Assembly: GCF_963921235.1 (NCBI RefSeq)
Contig: NC_086106.1
Coordinates: forward strand, 70,184,001-70,248,000
Source of the DNA: Mobula hypostoma
Lineage: Eukaryota
Reading direction: 5' to 3'
DNA length: 64,000 nt
Shown here piece by piece: positions 36,795 to 49,254 of the stretch; the stretch's first letter is position 1, and each line of letters starts with the position of its first letter. The position numbers and the translations under genes are program-made. The notes below the pieces were generated by a model. The model had not been told where the DNA came from and did no database searches. It was given only the letters and a program-made list of their open reading frames with translations.

Positions 36795-38994
36795 TACAAG
36801 TATGGCAGGAAAGGCAACATAAAGTCAACCCATTATAAGAATATACCGGGCGGGGGAAGAGATTGAAGTCCGCACACTCAGTACAATAACAGAATGACAA
36901 GGCAATGTTTGTGTGTGTGTGTGTACAGTATATAAATGTGCATGTGTGCAGAATGTGTTTACCAAGCACTCTTCATCACAGTGAGATTACAAGTGGCTTT
37001 ATTAGTAAGCAAGATAATTTTTCTGAGGCTCTTGGACTGTATTCAGTTTAAGACAATAAATTACTTTTTTCTTACTAATGTCAAGTTGATCCATAATATT
37101 GCTTCACTGGTTGACAGATGTGGTCTTTGTATCACTGAAGAAGCTGATAGTAAAAGACTAGTACTAAACTATTCAGAGGTCTTTCATTTTTCTACTATCT
37201 TTTCTTGTCACCCTTGCACCTTTGACAGCTCTGACACAATGTATCTGAGTGATCATTACTGAAGGAATGGATGAAATGCTTGGCAGCAAGTATAGACGAG
37301 CTAAAGGTAACTTTTGGCATTATATTTTGAACCTTTCTGATATGACAGGAACGAATATTTTTTTTCTACCCTTTGTTACTAAGCAATGACTAGTTATCAG
37401 AGGATGGTATTGTTGCAATAAGGAACATTGGTTCTAAGTTTCCATAAGTCTCAGCTTCGTTGCTGATATGAATTCATGGGATGGGGGATGGGTATGCAAA
37501 TTCCCAGTCTATGCTTTAGGTTTTCAAAGGGAGGACACTTGAGTTGTGTAAGCATGATTCATCCTGTGTGGCACAAAGCCAATGAAAATAATAAGAAATA
37601 AAATTAAATGATATTAACAGCTTGTTTGTGGGGTATGGCATGATGGCCATTTCAATCTCTGAGAAAGTACTAGCACGTAACTGTATCGGCACGTTCACAT
37701 ATAAACAGCAAATGTTCATTAACCTTCTCCCAAATATTCCTTCTGTGTGCCACAGAAACTTACAAGTAATCTCTTCAGTCTTCTGCATTCACATCCCCTA
37801 AGGATATCTCCTCTACTTAGGAATCCTAAAGACAGTTTCAGTTGTTTTGTAAAATATTTCCATTCTTTGTGCAATATTGATCCTGACCTTACAATGGCAA
37901 GCCATTTCATCCTTTTCCGTTTCCAGGCTGACGTTTCATGGGTCAGGTTCATGAAGAGAGCTCAGTCTGAGTTTTAGGAATACTATCTCCTTCTCACGGG
38001 ACTTCTGCAGGCATCTGGACTGAATGCTATTTTCTTGCAACATTATTTCCTCACTACAATTCCAGTTTCTTCCGCGATCTTGCTATCTGATTGCTGTATA
38101 TGCTTTTGATGCGTCACGTTTTGATGACTTTTCAGCACCACTACTTGCTTACTTTCACAGTTTTCTGGTCTATTATGTATTTTCATTGTGATACAAAGAT
38201 AATTTACACTTGACCATTTCCTTCATTCTTGCTTTCTTTTAAATTGTTTGAGATCCGTTAAGTTGTTTAATTCCTTTTCTGCAGCAGAATGTAATAAGAT
38301 TTTTAAATGTTATATGCTTGGAGAGACAAAAGGAATTTGATTCACTACTGGTTTTTAAAAAAAGTACTGGCGAAGCCCTGGAATCTGTGGAAGTGCATTT
38401 CTGTACGTGTGAGTGTAAGTGTAAGAACAGATCAACTCCTTGTTCCCAAAACAATATATTCCCAATAATTCAGGATAATAAGCAGGATAATTTTGCACAA
38501 AGACTCAGTTGGGGACCAACATAGTTTGTGATCGAAACATTTAATAAAATACTCGATGAGTTGCCGACTGAAATTAATAAGGGGAATTAAGAACAGGAAA
38601 TACTAGAAACTCTCAGTAGCTCAGGCTGCATTTGTGGAAGGTTATTGTTTGAACTGTTAAGTGCTTCTTGCATTCCCTGCTTTGATTTCATATTTATTTC
38701 CTGATGAATACTGGGTTATGTAATATTTTGCTTCTGAGTATATTTTCCTGCATGGTCAAAGCAATAAAAAAAAACCTTGATGAGGCATTAGTCTTAGATA
38801 TGGATCATTGACATTATTTTTTGGATGCCAGGCAATCACTCTCAACTTCGCACAGGACTGGTCACATGAAAAATCATTTAGGAGTCAAATTGTGCAGACC
38901 CAACATTTGACTGGGCTCATTGATTCCTGACACTTTTCCTAATGACTGGCATGATGTTAATATTCCCCAGGGGTCACGTTTCCCTTAAGTTGCA

Positions 38995-41228
38995 TAAATT
39001 GATGAGAGAGCTTAAGGTAAAAGAACCCTTAGGGGAGGTAATCATAATATGATTGAATTCACCCTGAAATTTGAGAAGGAGAAGCTGAAGTCACATGTAT
39101 CAGTATTACAGTGGAGTAAAGAAAATTACAGAGGCACGAGAGAGGAGAACTGATTGGAAAAGAACACTGATGAGAATTATGGTAGAGCAGCAAAGGCTGA
39201 AATTTCTGGAAGCATTTCAGAAAGCACAGGATTTATATCCCAAAGTGGAAGATGTATTTTAAAGGCAAGATGACACAAATGTGGCTAACAAGAGAAGTCA
39301 GAACAAACATAAAAGCAAAAGAGACGGCATATAATAGAGCAAAAATTAATAGGAAGTTCGAGGATTGGGAAGCTTTTAAAAACAACAGAAAATAACTAAA
39401 ATAGTCACTAAGAAGGAAAAGATGGAATACAAAAGAAAGCTACTTTCCTGAGATATATAAGGTGTAAAAGAGGGGCGAGAGTGGATATCATACCACTGGA
39501 ATACGATGCTGGAGAGGTAGTAATGAGGTACAAAGAAATGTTGGATGAACTGAACAAGTATTTTGCATTAGTTTTCTTTGTAGATGATACTAGCAGTACG
39601 GTGGAAGTTCCAGAGTGTCAGGGGTCAGAAGTGTGTGAAGTTGGGAAACTTAAAGATGTGAAGGTAGATAAGTCATCCAGACTATATGGTGTATACCTCA
39701 GGGTTCTGAATGAGGTTGCTGAAGAGATGGTGGAGGCAATAGTAGTGATCTTTCAAGAATCACTAGATTCTGGAATGGTTCCAGAAGACTGGAAAAATGA
39801 AAATGGCACTCAGCTCTTCAAGAAGGGAGAGAGGCGGAAGAAGGGAAATTATAGGCGAGGTCCTCAGTGGTTGGGAAGGTATTGGAATCAATTGTTAAGG
39901 ATGTTGTTTCAGGGTACTTGGATACACATGATAAAAAAGGCAGTAGTCAGCATGGTTTCATCAAGGGAAAATCTTGCCTGACAAATCTGATAGAATCCTT
40001 TGAAGAAACAGCAAGCAGGATAGACAAAGGAGAATGATATGACGTGTACCTGGATTTTCAGAAGGCTTTTGCCAAGGTGTCACACTGTGTAACAAGTTAA
40101 GAACCTGTGGTATTATAGGAAAAAATATTGCATGCATAAAGCAGCGACTGATAGGCAGGAAGCAAAGAATGGAGATAAAGGGAACCTTTTCTGGTTGGCT
40201 GCTGGTGATTGGTGGTGTTGCTCAGTGGCCTGTGATGGGTCTGCTTCTTTTTACATTATAGGTAATTGACTTGAATAATGGAATTGATCGGCTTGTTGCA
40301 AAGTTTGCTGATGATGGATGAAGGGGCAGGTAATGCTGAGGAAGTATAGAGGCTACATTAGTAGAATGGACAAAGAAGTGGCAGATGGAATGCAGTGTCA
40401 GGAAGTGTGTTGTCATGCACTTTAGTAGAAGAAATAAAAGGTAGACTATTTTCTAAATGGAGAGAAAATTCAAAGACTCAAAGGCACTTGGGATTTCTTG
40501 TGCCAGGTTCCCTACATGTTAATTTATGGGTTGAATCTGTAGTGAGGAAGGCAAATATGATGTTAGCATTCATTTCAAGAGGACCAGAATATAAAAGCAA
40601 GGACGTAATTTGAGGCTTTATAAGCACTGGTGAGGCCTCACCTGGTGTATAGTGATCGGTTTTGGGACCCTTATCTTAGAAGTGATGTGCTAAAACTGGG
40701 GAGCGCTCAAAGGAGGTTCACAAAAAAGATCCAAAAGATTCAAAGCTATCAAGCGCTCTTCGTATTGATCTGCTTGTCATATGAAGAACGCTTGATGACT
40801 TTGGGCCTCTATTCACTAGAATTCATAAGAATGAGTGAGTTACCTAATTGAAACCTATTGAATGGTGAAAGTTCTTGATAGAGTAGATGTGGAGAGGATG
40901 TTTCCTTTGGGGAAGAGTCTAAGACCAGAAGACAGAGCTTTAGAATAGAAACGCATCCTTCTAGAATGGAGAAGAGGAGGAATTTCTTTATCAGAGACTG
41001 GTAAATCCATCGAATTCATTGCCACAAGCAACTGTGGAGGCCAAGTCCTTATGAATATTTGAGGCAAAGGTAGATAGATTCTTGATTGGTCAAGGTATGA
41101 AGGGATACAAGGAGAAGATTGGAGACTGGGGCTGAGAGGAATAATAGATCAGCCATGATGAAATGACAGAGCAGACTTGATGGGCCGAATGGCCTAATTC
41201 TCCTCCTATATCTTATGTTCTTATGGTC
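38995..41228 (+). mobile_element. Decayed CR1 ORF2 and 3' tail
   Basis: LNKYFALVF, IFQESLDSGMVPEDWK, KKGNYR, YLDFQKAF, AKFADD. Tail ctcctatatcttatgttcttatggtc. Confidence 0.9.
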
Positions 41229-42639
41229 ATAATAAACTATGCTGGTTAATGAATAGGAGGAGAGAAATAGACATCTGCTGCAAGCAAGGTCAACCAAGCC
41301 CAGCCTGTCCAACATAGACAATAGAACAAAAAATTGTTGGCTATATTATACACTTATCACCAGGACTTGCAAATTGTTGTAAATAAGGAAGTATTTTTCA
41401 TTCCAGTCCTCTGCAACGTCTGTCACCAGAGTGCGTATGGCTGCTATGTTGCTACCGTGGGCAAGGAACCATTAAGGTCTGACACGCTACTTTGGTGCTG
41501 CACAGCAAAATATCAGGAGCTACACTGAATTAAGTGAAGTCCAAGCAGAAAGACAATTTTCCATTGTACTTTTTGACTCTGAATGTAAAACAATTTAATA
41601 CTATTTTAAGCTTTATCTGAGCATCCTAGTGATTTTATTTATTTATAGGGGACTTCATTTGTCATTGGTATTAAATGTGCAACTGAATTGGGATAGTCCA
41701 ATTTTCTGTCAATTGTATTCTGTATTATAAAAACCATCAAGCAAACTAATTATAGAAAAAAGTGATAATACAGTATATGTGTGTTCAGATTTCCCTTTTT
41801 ATTGCAGGTAAAATTTGCAAATCAACCCTGAAACATTGGCTATGCTAGTGCTCCATTGAAAATTCTAGCAGAATATGGCTGATTGGCATGTTGGCCTCAT
41901 TTTGTAAGGTTTGATCTTCAAATGAATCTCCACGGATATGGAAATATTTCAAAGAAATGCCTGAACAGTGTGATATGCTTCTGAACTTCACCAAGGGATT
42001 CTGAAAAGCTTACATCCATTTGAAAATAATTATATGATCTCCTGCACATTTCTGTAATTAAAAATGCCTGAAAAATAATCAGTAAGCTTCTAAAATAAAG
42101 TTGGCACACCTAAACAACAGATTACAGTAAATACTGCTGCTTATTTTGATCAATTTCCATTTAAAATAATAAAGAAGAGCTCATAGCAGAAAGCCTGTAC
42201 AATACACAGGAGGAAATATTAAGCAGCTTGGAAAAAGGGAAGTCAAACCCCAAGTCGTTTCAATCATAATCCACTTGTATTTCTAAATATCCAACTTCTT
42301 TCTCTGGCACTGCTCAGCATGGGAACTGAAGGATAAGAACAATTTATTTGATCAGCCAGGAGTCTTCACTCTTGCAGCTTGTAACATTGAAATAGAATTT
42401 CTGACATGCATATAATTGAACATGTTCTTGAAAGCACAAGCCTGGAAATAATAAACTAGTAGATGCAAAGTTGCTTCTCAAATTATATTTACAAAACTAA
42501 CATCACCAGAAATAATAATAAAGAAAAAGGAATGATACAGAGAGTGGAAAGAAATAACCAACACCGTAAAATCCAATGCGTGGGCTGATTTGCTAAGGTT
42601 TTTTTGAATGAACGAAAATCAGGATGTGGTTTATATAAT

Positions 42640-42845
42640 ACACACAAAATGCTGGAGGAACTCAGCTGGACAGGCAGCATCTATGGAAAAGAGTATATTT
42701 GATGTTTTGGGCCGATACCCCAGGGTTTCAGTCTGAAACGTCGACTGTGCTCTTTTTTCCATAGTTGTTGCCTGGCCTGATGAGTTCCTCTAGCATTTTG
42801 TGTGTGTTACTTGGATTTCCAGCATCTGCAGATTTTCTCTTGCTT
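42640..42845. mobile_element. Inverted pair of Penelope terminal repeats joined at the hammerhead region
   Basis: cacacaaaatgctggaggaactcagc...gggccgataccc | agggtttcagtctgaaacgtcgac...gagttcctctagcattttgtgtg. Confidence 0.8.
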
Positions 42846-42917
42846 ATGATGTGGTTTATGTAGAGGTGTGAATTACTTAGCTGTGTCTCTATTCCCAAGT
42901 GTCATGTCACATCAACT

Positions 42918-43072
42918 ACAAAGTGCTGGAGGAACTGAGCAAATCAGACAACATCTATGGCGACTAATAAACCATTGACATTTTGGGTTGAGATGGAGGG
43001 CCTGATCTGCTGAGTTCCTCCAGCATTTTGTGTATATTGCTCTGGATTCCCAGCAACTGCAGCATTCCTTCT
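42918..43072. mobile_element. Second inverted pair of Penelope terminal repeats
   Basis: caaagtgctggaggaactgagca ... tgctgagttcctccagcattttg. Confidence 0.7.
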
Positions 43073-43109
43073 AGTCATATCATCAGCTGGGGTTACATTT
43101 GCATCTCCA

Positions 43110-43466
43110 TGTTACCAGAATCAGGAAACAGGCAGAGTTGCTATTCAGACAGACAGAGTTCAGATACAAATGCTGGAAAGGCTCAAGAAAACTCACTGGC
43201 ACAATTTGGGAACAAACAGGTGAAAACACAGGACTGAAATACACTGAGCAGTAAACAGAGAGGCAGGTGATAGGTGGAGCACAATGAGACACGGGTGGCA
43301 GCAACACAGGTAATAATAAGAAACAGATGAGAGACAGAGTCCTCAGTAATACAGGGGTCGGAGTAGAACATGAGCGGGGACAGGAGCACATGGCAATACA
43401 AAACCACAGACTGACAGCTAGGGGGAAACACACAAAAAGACAGAGTTCAACTGGAGGTACTGACAC
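43110..43466 (-). mobile_element. Gypsy-like LTR (partial or solo)
   Basis: Reverse begins TGTCAGTACC and ends GTAACA, with cacctg-rich LTR-like composition. No TSD found. Confidence 0.5.
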
Positions 43467-44545
43467 ACTTATGTCAGGATGCTGTTCATCGACTATAGTT
43501 CAGTGTTTAACATCATGATTCCCACAGTCAAGGTTACAGAACGTGGGACTCTGTACCTCCATCTGTAACTGGATGCTCGACTTCCTAACTGGAAGACCAC
43601 AATCTATGTAGATCAGTAATAATATCTCCTCCTCGCTGGCGATTAACACTGGTTCACCTCAGGGGTGAGTGCTTTGACACTGCTCTACTCTCTCTATACC
43701 CATGACTGTGTGGCTAGGTACAGCTCAAACACCATCTATAAATTTGCTCATTGTTGGTAGAATCTCAGATGGAGATGAAAGAACATACAGGAGCAAGATA
43801 TACCAGCTGTTTGAGTGGTGCCGCAGCAACAACCTTGCACTCAATGTCAGTAAGACAAAAGGTCTGATTGTGGACTCCAGGAAGGGTAAAATGAGGGACC
43901 ACAAACTAATCCTCATAGAGGGATTAAAAGTGGAGAGAGTGAGCAATTTCAAATTCCTGGCTGTTAAGATCTCTGAGGATCTAACCTGACAGTGACATAT
44001 AGACAGTGGCTATATTTCATTAAGAGTTTGAAGTTATGTAGTTTGTCACCTAAAATACTCAAAAACGTGTACCATGGCAAGCATTCTCACAGGCTGTGTT
44101 ACTGTCTGGTATGGGGTTCGGGGGCCTCTGTACAGGACCGAAAGAAGCCACAGAAAGATGTAAAATTTTTCAGCTCTATCTTGGGTGCTAGCCTCTGTAG
44201 TATCCAAGGCATCTTCAAGGAGTGGTGCCTCAGAAAGGCAGCATCCATTATTAACGACTGCCATCACCTCACACTCAGCGATTCAGGAACAACTTCTTCC
44301 CCTCTGCCATCTGATTTTTAGATGGACATTGAATCTATGAACGCTACCTCACTTTTATAATATTATTTCTGGTTTGCACTATTTTTAATATAACTACTTG
44401 ATATACATATATATGCTTACTGTAATTGATATACTGATTTAATTTCTTTCTATATTATTATGTATTGCATTGTACTGCTGTTGCTAAGTTAACAAATTTC
44501 ATGACAAATGGCTGTGATAATAAACCGAATTCTGATTCTGATCTT
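43467..44545 (+). mobile_element. Rex1/Babar LINE RT-to-tail fragment
   Basis: YVRMLFIDYSS, WCRSNNLALNVSKTK, FKFLAVKISEDLT, FRNNFFPSAI. Tail taataaaccgaattctgattctga. Confidence 0.9.
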
Positions 44546-44586
44546 TCAGTCAGAAAATTTGAACTGACTGGAATCTTAACTCTGGT

Positions 44587-45585
44587 TAGAAACATAGAAA
44601 CATAAAAAATAGGTGCAGGAGTAGGCCATTCGGCCCTTCGAGCCTGCTCTGCCATTCAGTATGATCATGGCTGATCATCCAACTCAGAACCCTGTACCAG
44701 CCTTCCCCCCAATACCCCCTGATCCCTTTAGACACAAGGGCCATAATAGGAAAAATAGGAAAACAGATTATTATCTGAATGGTGGCCGATTAGGAAAAGG
44801 GGAGGTGCAACGAGACCTGGGTGTCATTATACACCAGTCATTGAAAGTGGGCATGCAGGTACAGCAGGCGGTGAAAAAGGCGAACGGTATGCTGGCATTT
44901 ATAGCGAGAGGATTCGAGTACAGGAGCAGGGAGGTACTACTGCAGTTGTACAAGGCCTTGGTGAGACCACACCTGGAGTATTGTGTGCAGTTTTGGTCCC
45001 CTAATCTGAGGAAAGACATCTTTGCCATAGAGGGAGTACAAAGAAGGTTCACCAGATTGATTCCTGGGATGGCAGGTCTTTCATATGAAGAAAGACTGGA
45101 TGAACTGGGCTTGTACTCATTGGAATTTAGAAGATTGAGGGGGGATCTGATTGAAACGTATAAGATCCTAAAGGGATTGGACAGGCTAGATGCGGGAAGA
45201 TTGTTCCCGATGTTGGGGAGGTCTAGAACGAGGGGTCACAGTTTGAGGATAGAGGGGAAGCCTTTTAGGACCGAGGTTAGGAAAAACTTCTTCACACAGA
45301 GAGTGGTGAATCTGTGGAATTCTCTGCCACAGCAAACTGTTGAGGCCAGTTCATTAGCTATGTTTAAAAGGAAGTTAGATATGGCCCTTGTGGCTACAGG
45401 GGTCAGGGGGTATGGAGGGAAGGCTGGGTTCTGAGTTGGATGATCAGCCATGATCATAATAAATGGCGGTGCAGGCTCGAAGGGCCGAATGGCCTACTCC
45501 TGCACCTATTTTCTATGTTTCTATGTTTCTATATCTAACTCCCTCTTAAATATAGCCAATGAACTGGCCTCAGCTGTTTCCTGTG
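44587..45585 (-). mobile_element. Short CR1 3' end (44587-44745 plus 45533-45585) split by an oppositely oriented CR1
   Basis: Halves join as ...cacaagggccat|atctaactccctcttaaatatagccaatgaac, the reverse complement of the CR1 3' end. Confidence 0.88.
44746..45532 (+). mobile_element. Young 5'-truncated CR1 LINE
   Basis: Open RT C-terminus to 45434, near-identical to 12047-12834. (TTCTATGT)n tail. Confidence 0.95.
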
Positions 45586-45589
45586 TTCT

Positions 45590-45945
45590 TTCTCTGCACA
45601 AAGGCTAACTAATCTGTTGGATATTTGCATCATTCACCCTTTTTTGGTCTTCTGGTAACCGCTTTGTTCTGCTTCCACTTTCCCAGCGTGTGCTTTTATT
45701 TATCATTCTTTCTGAAAAAAGTCATCATTCACCTATTGACCAAGTGGCTCCAAATGTCTTGTGCTATCAAAACAAGTTGCCACAGATATTTGTCTTGTTT
45801 TCTCCACTGTCCTTCCATCTCTGCAACTTAAAACATTTATTTTCTCACTTTTCTATCTCTGATAAAGGACTTATCATTAACTGTTGATCTTATAACAAGA
45901 CATTGCTGAGTCTACTAAGTGTTCTCAGCATGTTCTGTTTTAATT
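45590..45945 (+). mobile_element. Old Penelope-like 3' remnant
   Basis: Pyrimidine-rich body, tctgataaagg, and gctgagtctact...gcatgttctgttttaatttc tail. Confidence 0.45.
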
Positions 45946-46429
45946 TCTTGAAGCCGGGGTGAACTGTGACTGGAGTCAAAGCTGAGGATGATGGAGCAAA
46001 TGAACTTCACCTGGGAATCAGTGCTCAGTGCATGGGATTTGAGAAAGTCATCTGCAAAGATTTTGCATGCCGTATGAGTGACCTTGATGGAGACACTGGA
46101 AAGTAGAAGAGACTTCTGGTCTTCTGAGATGCCCAATCAAGAGGCAATGAGAGCTGACAAGCATTGTGGTTACTGCAGGAATCCTACTGCAATGAGACTA
46201 GATCCAGTCCTGAAAGAAGGCCGATGACCTTTTGCATTTCATGAAGAGAGATAGCTACCTTTTAGTGAAAAAAGAAAAAAATCCCAGCAACAAAAATGCC
46301 TCTTTTATTGCCACATCTTGCAACCTCAAATTCTTGTTTCAGCCACTGCTCAATTTGCTATCACCATCCATCACAAGCCTATCTAGAATCTGCACTGGCA
46401 CTCATACCAAACTTTATACTTACAGGCCA

Positions 46430-47024
46430 CAGAACACCGAATAATACACCATAGGAACAGGTCCTTCGGCCCATGTTGTTGTGGCAAACTAATTAAGCTA
46501 ATGCCACCTACTGTAATCCTATTTGTCTGCACATGGGCAATATCACTCTCTATGCATACGCATGTGCCTATGGCATCTAACCCCATCACCCTTGACAACA
46601 CATTCCAGGCACCTATCACACTCAAGTAGAAAAACATGCCCCGCTCATTTCCTTTGAACTTTTCCTCCCTCATCGGAAATTCATGCCCTTTAGTATTTGA
46701 CATTTCAACTGTGAGGGTAAAGGTACTGGCTGTCTTCTCTATCTACACCTCTCATAACCACATGTACTTCTATCATGTCTCCTTTCAGCTTCTGTTCCTC
46801 CAGAGAAAATATTCCTAGTTTGTCCAACCCGTCCTTATAGCACATGCATTCTAATCCAAGCAGCACACTGACAAACCTCCTCAATATCCTCCCTACAGTC
46901 TCCCCATCCTTCCATAATGGGATGACCAGAAGTGAATACATCTGAGGTTAAAATGGAGCTTTATAAAGTTACAATATAACGTCCTGACTTCTGTACTCGA
47001 TGCCTCAATTAATAAAAACAAGGA
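46430..47024 (-). mobile_element. Old CR1 3' fragment
   Basis: RRFVSVLLGLECMCYKDGLDKLGIFSLEEQKLKGDMIEV and SNTKGHEF. Confidence 0.8.
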
Positions 47025-47030
47025 TATCAT

Positions 47031-47512
47031 ACACGAGGAAATCTGCAGATGCTGGAAATTCAAGCAACACACATAAAAAATGCTGGTGAATGCAGCAGGC
47101 CAGGCAGCATCTAAAGGAAGAAGTACAGTCGAAGTTTCAGGCTGAGACCCTTGTCAGGACTAACTGAAAGAAGAGACAGTAAGAGATTTGAAAGTGAGAG
47201 GGTAAGGGGGAGATCCGAAATGATAGGAGAAGACAGGAGGGGGAGGGATGGAAGTTGATTGGCAAAAGGGATACGAGGCTGGAGAAGGGAGAGGATCATG
47301 GGATGGGAGGCTTAATGAGAAAGAAAAGGGGAGGGGGGGAAGCCCAGAGGATGGGTAAGGAATTATAGTGAGAGGGACAGAGGGAGAAAAAGAGAGGAAA
47401 AAATAAGGGAAAGGGAAATAAATAAATAAATAAATAAATAAGGGATAGGGTACGAAGGGGAGGTGGGGCATTAGCGGAAGTTAGGGAAGTCAATGTTCAT
47501 GCCATCAGGTTG
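47031..47512 (-). mobile_element. Penelope 3' fragment
   Basis: QPDGMNIDFPNFR end, tail with mutated hammerhead (CUGACAA). TSD TATCAT (47025-47030 / 47513-47518). Confidence 0.88.
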
Positions 47513-48414
47513 TATCATGTCAAGCATATCATGTTGGACTGTGAAGACACTTTTAGGGAGCTTTGGACTTGGACCTTAAGATATCTCTGCACATCAAGGT
47601 TGTTGAGATGTTGTGGCGTATTAAAGTTTCGTGAAATATTGGATGAAAGTCTGAACAGCTCCAAGTGACACTGTAACCTTTGTGAGTTCACAGCATGTAA
47701 GGCATCAAGATGTCTGTACAAGTTAACACTATTAAACAGTGTTAATGTCTAATGTTTGCTGATAACAGCTGGAGTCTTCCTTGGCCTCAAGGCACAAGTG
47801 ACAACAGGATGTCTGTCAGTGAACACAAGTTGTTTGAATGAAAGAAACTGTTCTGAGTTAGTGGCATGAGACCAAACGCCTGAAGAATTTATTTGACTCT
47901 GCATGCCTCTCAATGCTTGTAGATTGAATCCCAGTTTATTGAGACACCTTTCCCTCGTTTCACCTAGACTGAAGAATTGCGATCGATATATGCATAGGAC
48001 AGACACAGGGTGATCTCACAAATCAGAATTCAGAGCTCCCCTGACAACAGTGGCAATCACATCCCCCAAATTGTCGACAATCCAGAGTCAGTGGAAAATC
48101 ATGAGCCCTGAAATTCTTGTGGAAATCTTTGTAACTTGCTAAGTAGCATTTTGTGTGATTTAGTTGTGCTTTTTATTCTATGATAATATATTAGGCTTAA
48201 ATCACTTTGTTGTGCTTCTCCGCTTATTACTACATGTCCCGGACACTTGAATTGGTTTAGGTCTTTTGGGTCTGATCAATCCGATTACATAAGGGTGCAC
48301 AATTAACTATGTACTTTCCATTTATATTCAATCATTCAAAATGCAAAAACTTGCACTTGCCTGGATAGTCACATCTGCCATTTCTCCACCAATAGCTGCA
48401 ACTGAACTGTATCT

Positions 48415-48550
48415 CAAAGTCAAAGTCAAAGTAAATTTATTATCAAGGTATATATATATATGTCTCCATATACTATCCTGAAATTCATTTTCTTGTGGGC
48501 ATTCACAGTATATACAAAGAAACACAATAGAATCAATGAAAAACCACATA
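48415..48550 (-). mobile_element. Rex1-type 3' tail
   Basis: Reverse: ttgataataaatttactttgactttgactttga. Confidence 0.65.
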
Positions 48551-49067
48551 GAGCAAAGTGTAGGGGCTCTGTAGAGATCCTTGCCGAACACTGGTTGTCA
48601 CAGACCTCCATACAGAATTAGATCCATCAACCACTACCTTCTCATCTTCAATGGTAAAGCAATAATTAATCCATGGGCCAAGTCACCATGAGTCCCATGC
48701 ATCTTAATCCTATACACTAGGGATCGCCAACCCGTCGATCGCGATTGACCAGTTGATCTTTGAGACTTTCCTGGTAGATCCCGAGAAAAATCAAGAATAA
48801 ATACACAAATACTGTTGTAATGTGAGTATTATAAAATTAAGTAATACTAATTAGGATAATGGTAATATAGCAATATTTTTGCTACAAAGCTGTTTGTAAA
48901 GAGAGATTGTTTCTGGGTTGCGGGGTTTTAGTTCCGTTCTTTCTGCCCAGTGCTCATGTGTGTAGTTCCCCCTGCCATGCACCGCGTTTTCAGCGTAGCC
49001 TGTGCTGCATCAAAGTGACCAATCAGATTAGATAAGAGTACAGACTGTCGCAAACATCAGTATATGG

Positions 49068-49240
49068 CAGTGGTCCCCAACCTCCGGGCCGTGAAGAATG
49101 CAGGGGTGCAACGGAATTCAGAACGCACACAGCACATCTTTAAGAAAAAAAAGCCAAAATAAACAAGCTAATTAATTAGATGCCGCCCGGCACATAAGTG
49201 TCGGCCCAGATCGGAGGCGACACAATCGGCAATCGCTCGT
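49068..49240 (+). mobile_element. Nested hAT terminal fragment
   Basis: Begins CAGTGGTCCCCAACC. Second TIR not found. Confidence 0.5.
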
Positions 49241-49254
49241 GATATCCTGATAGC

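Noticed and set aside
37516-38524. Cluster of short ORFs in unique sequence
   Set aside because: No recognisable motifs or coherent splice signals on either strand.
44661-45434. 257-aa ORF as a host gene
   Set aside because: Chimera of an antisense CR1 tail and a truncated CR1 RT.
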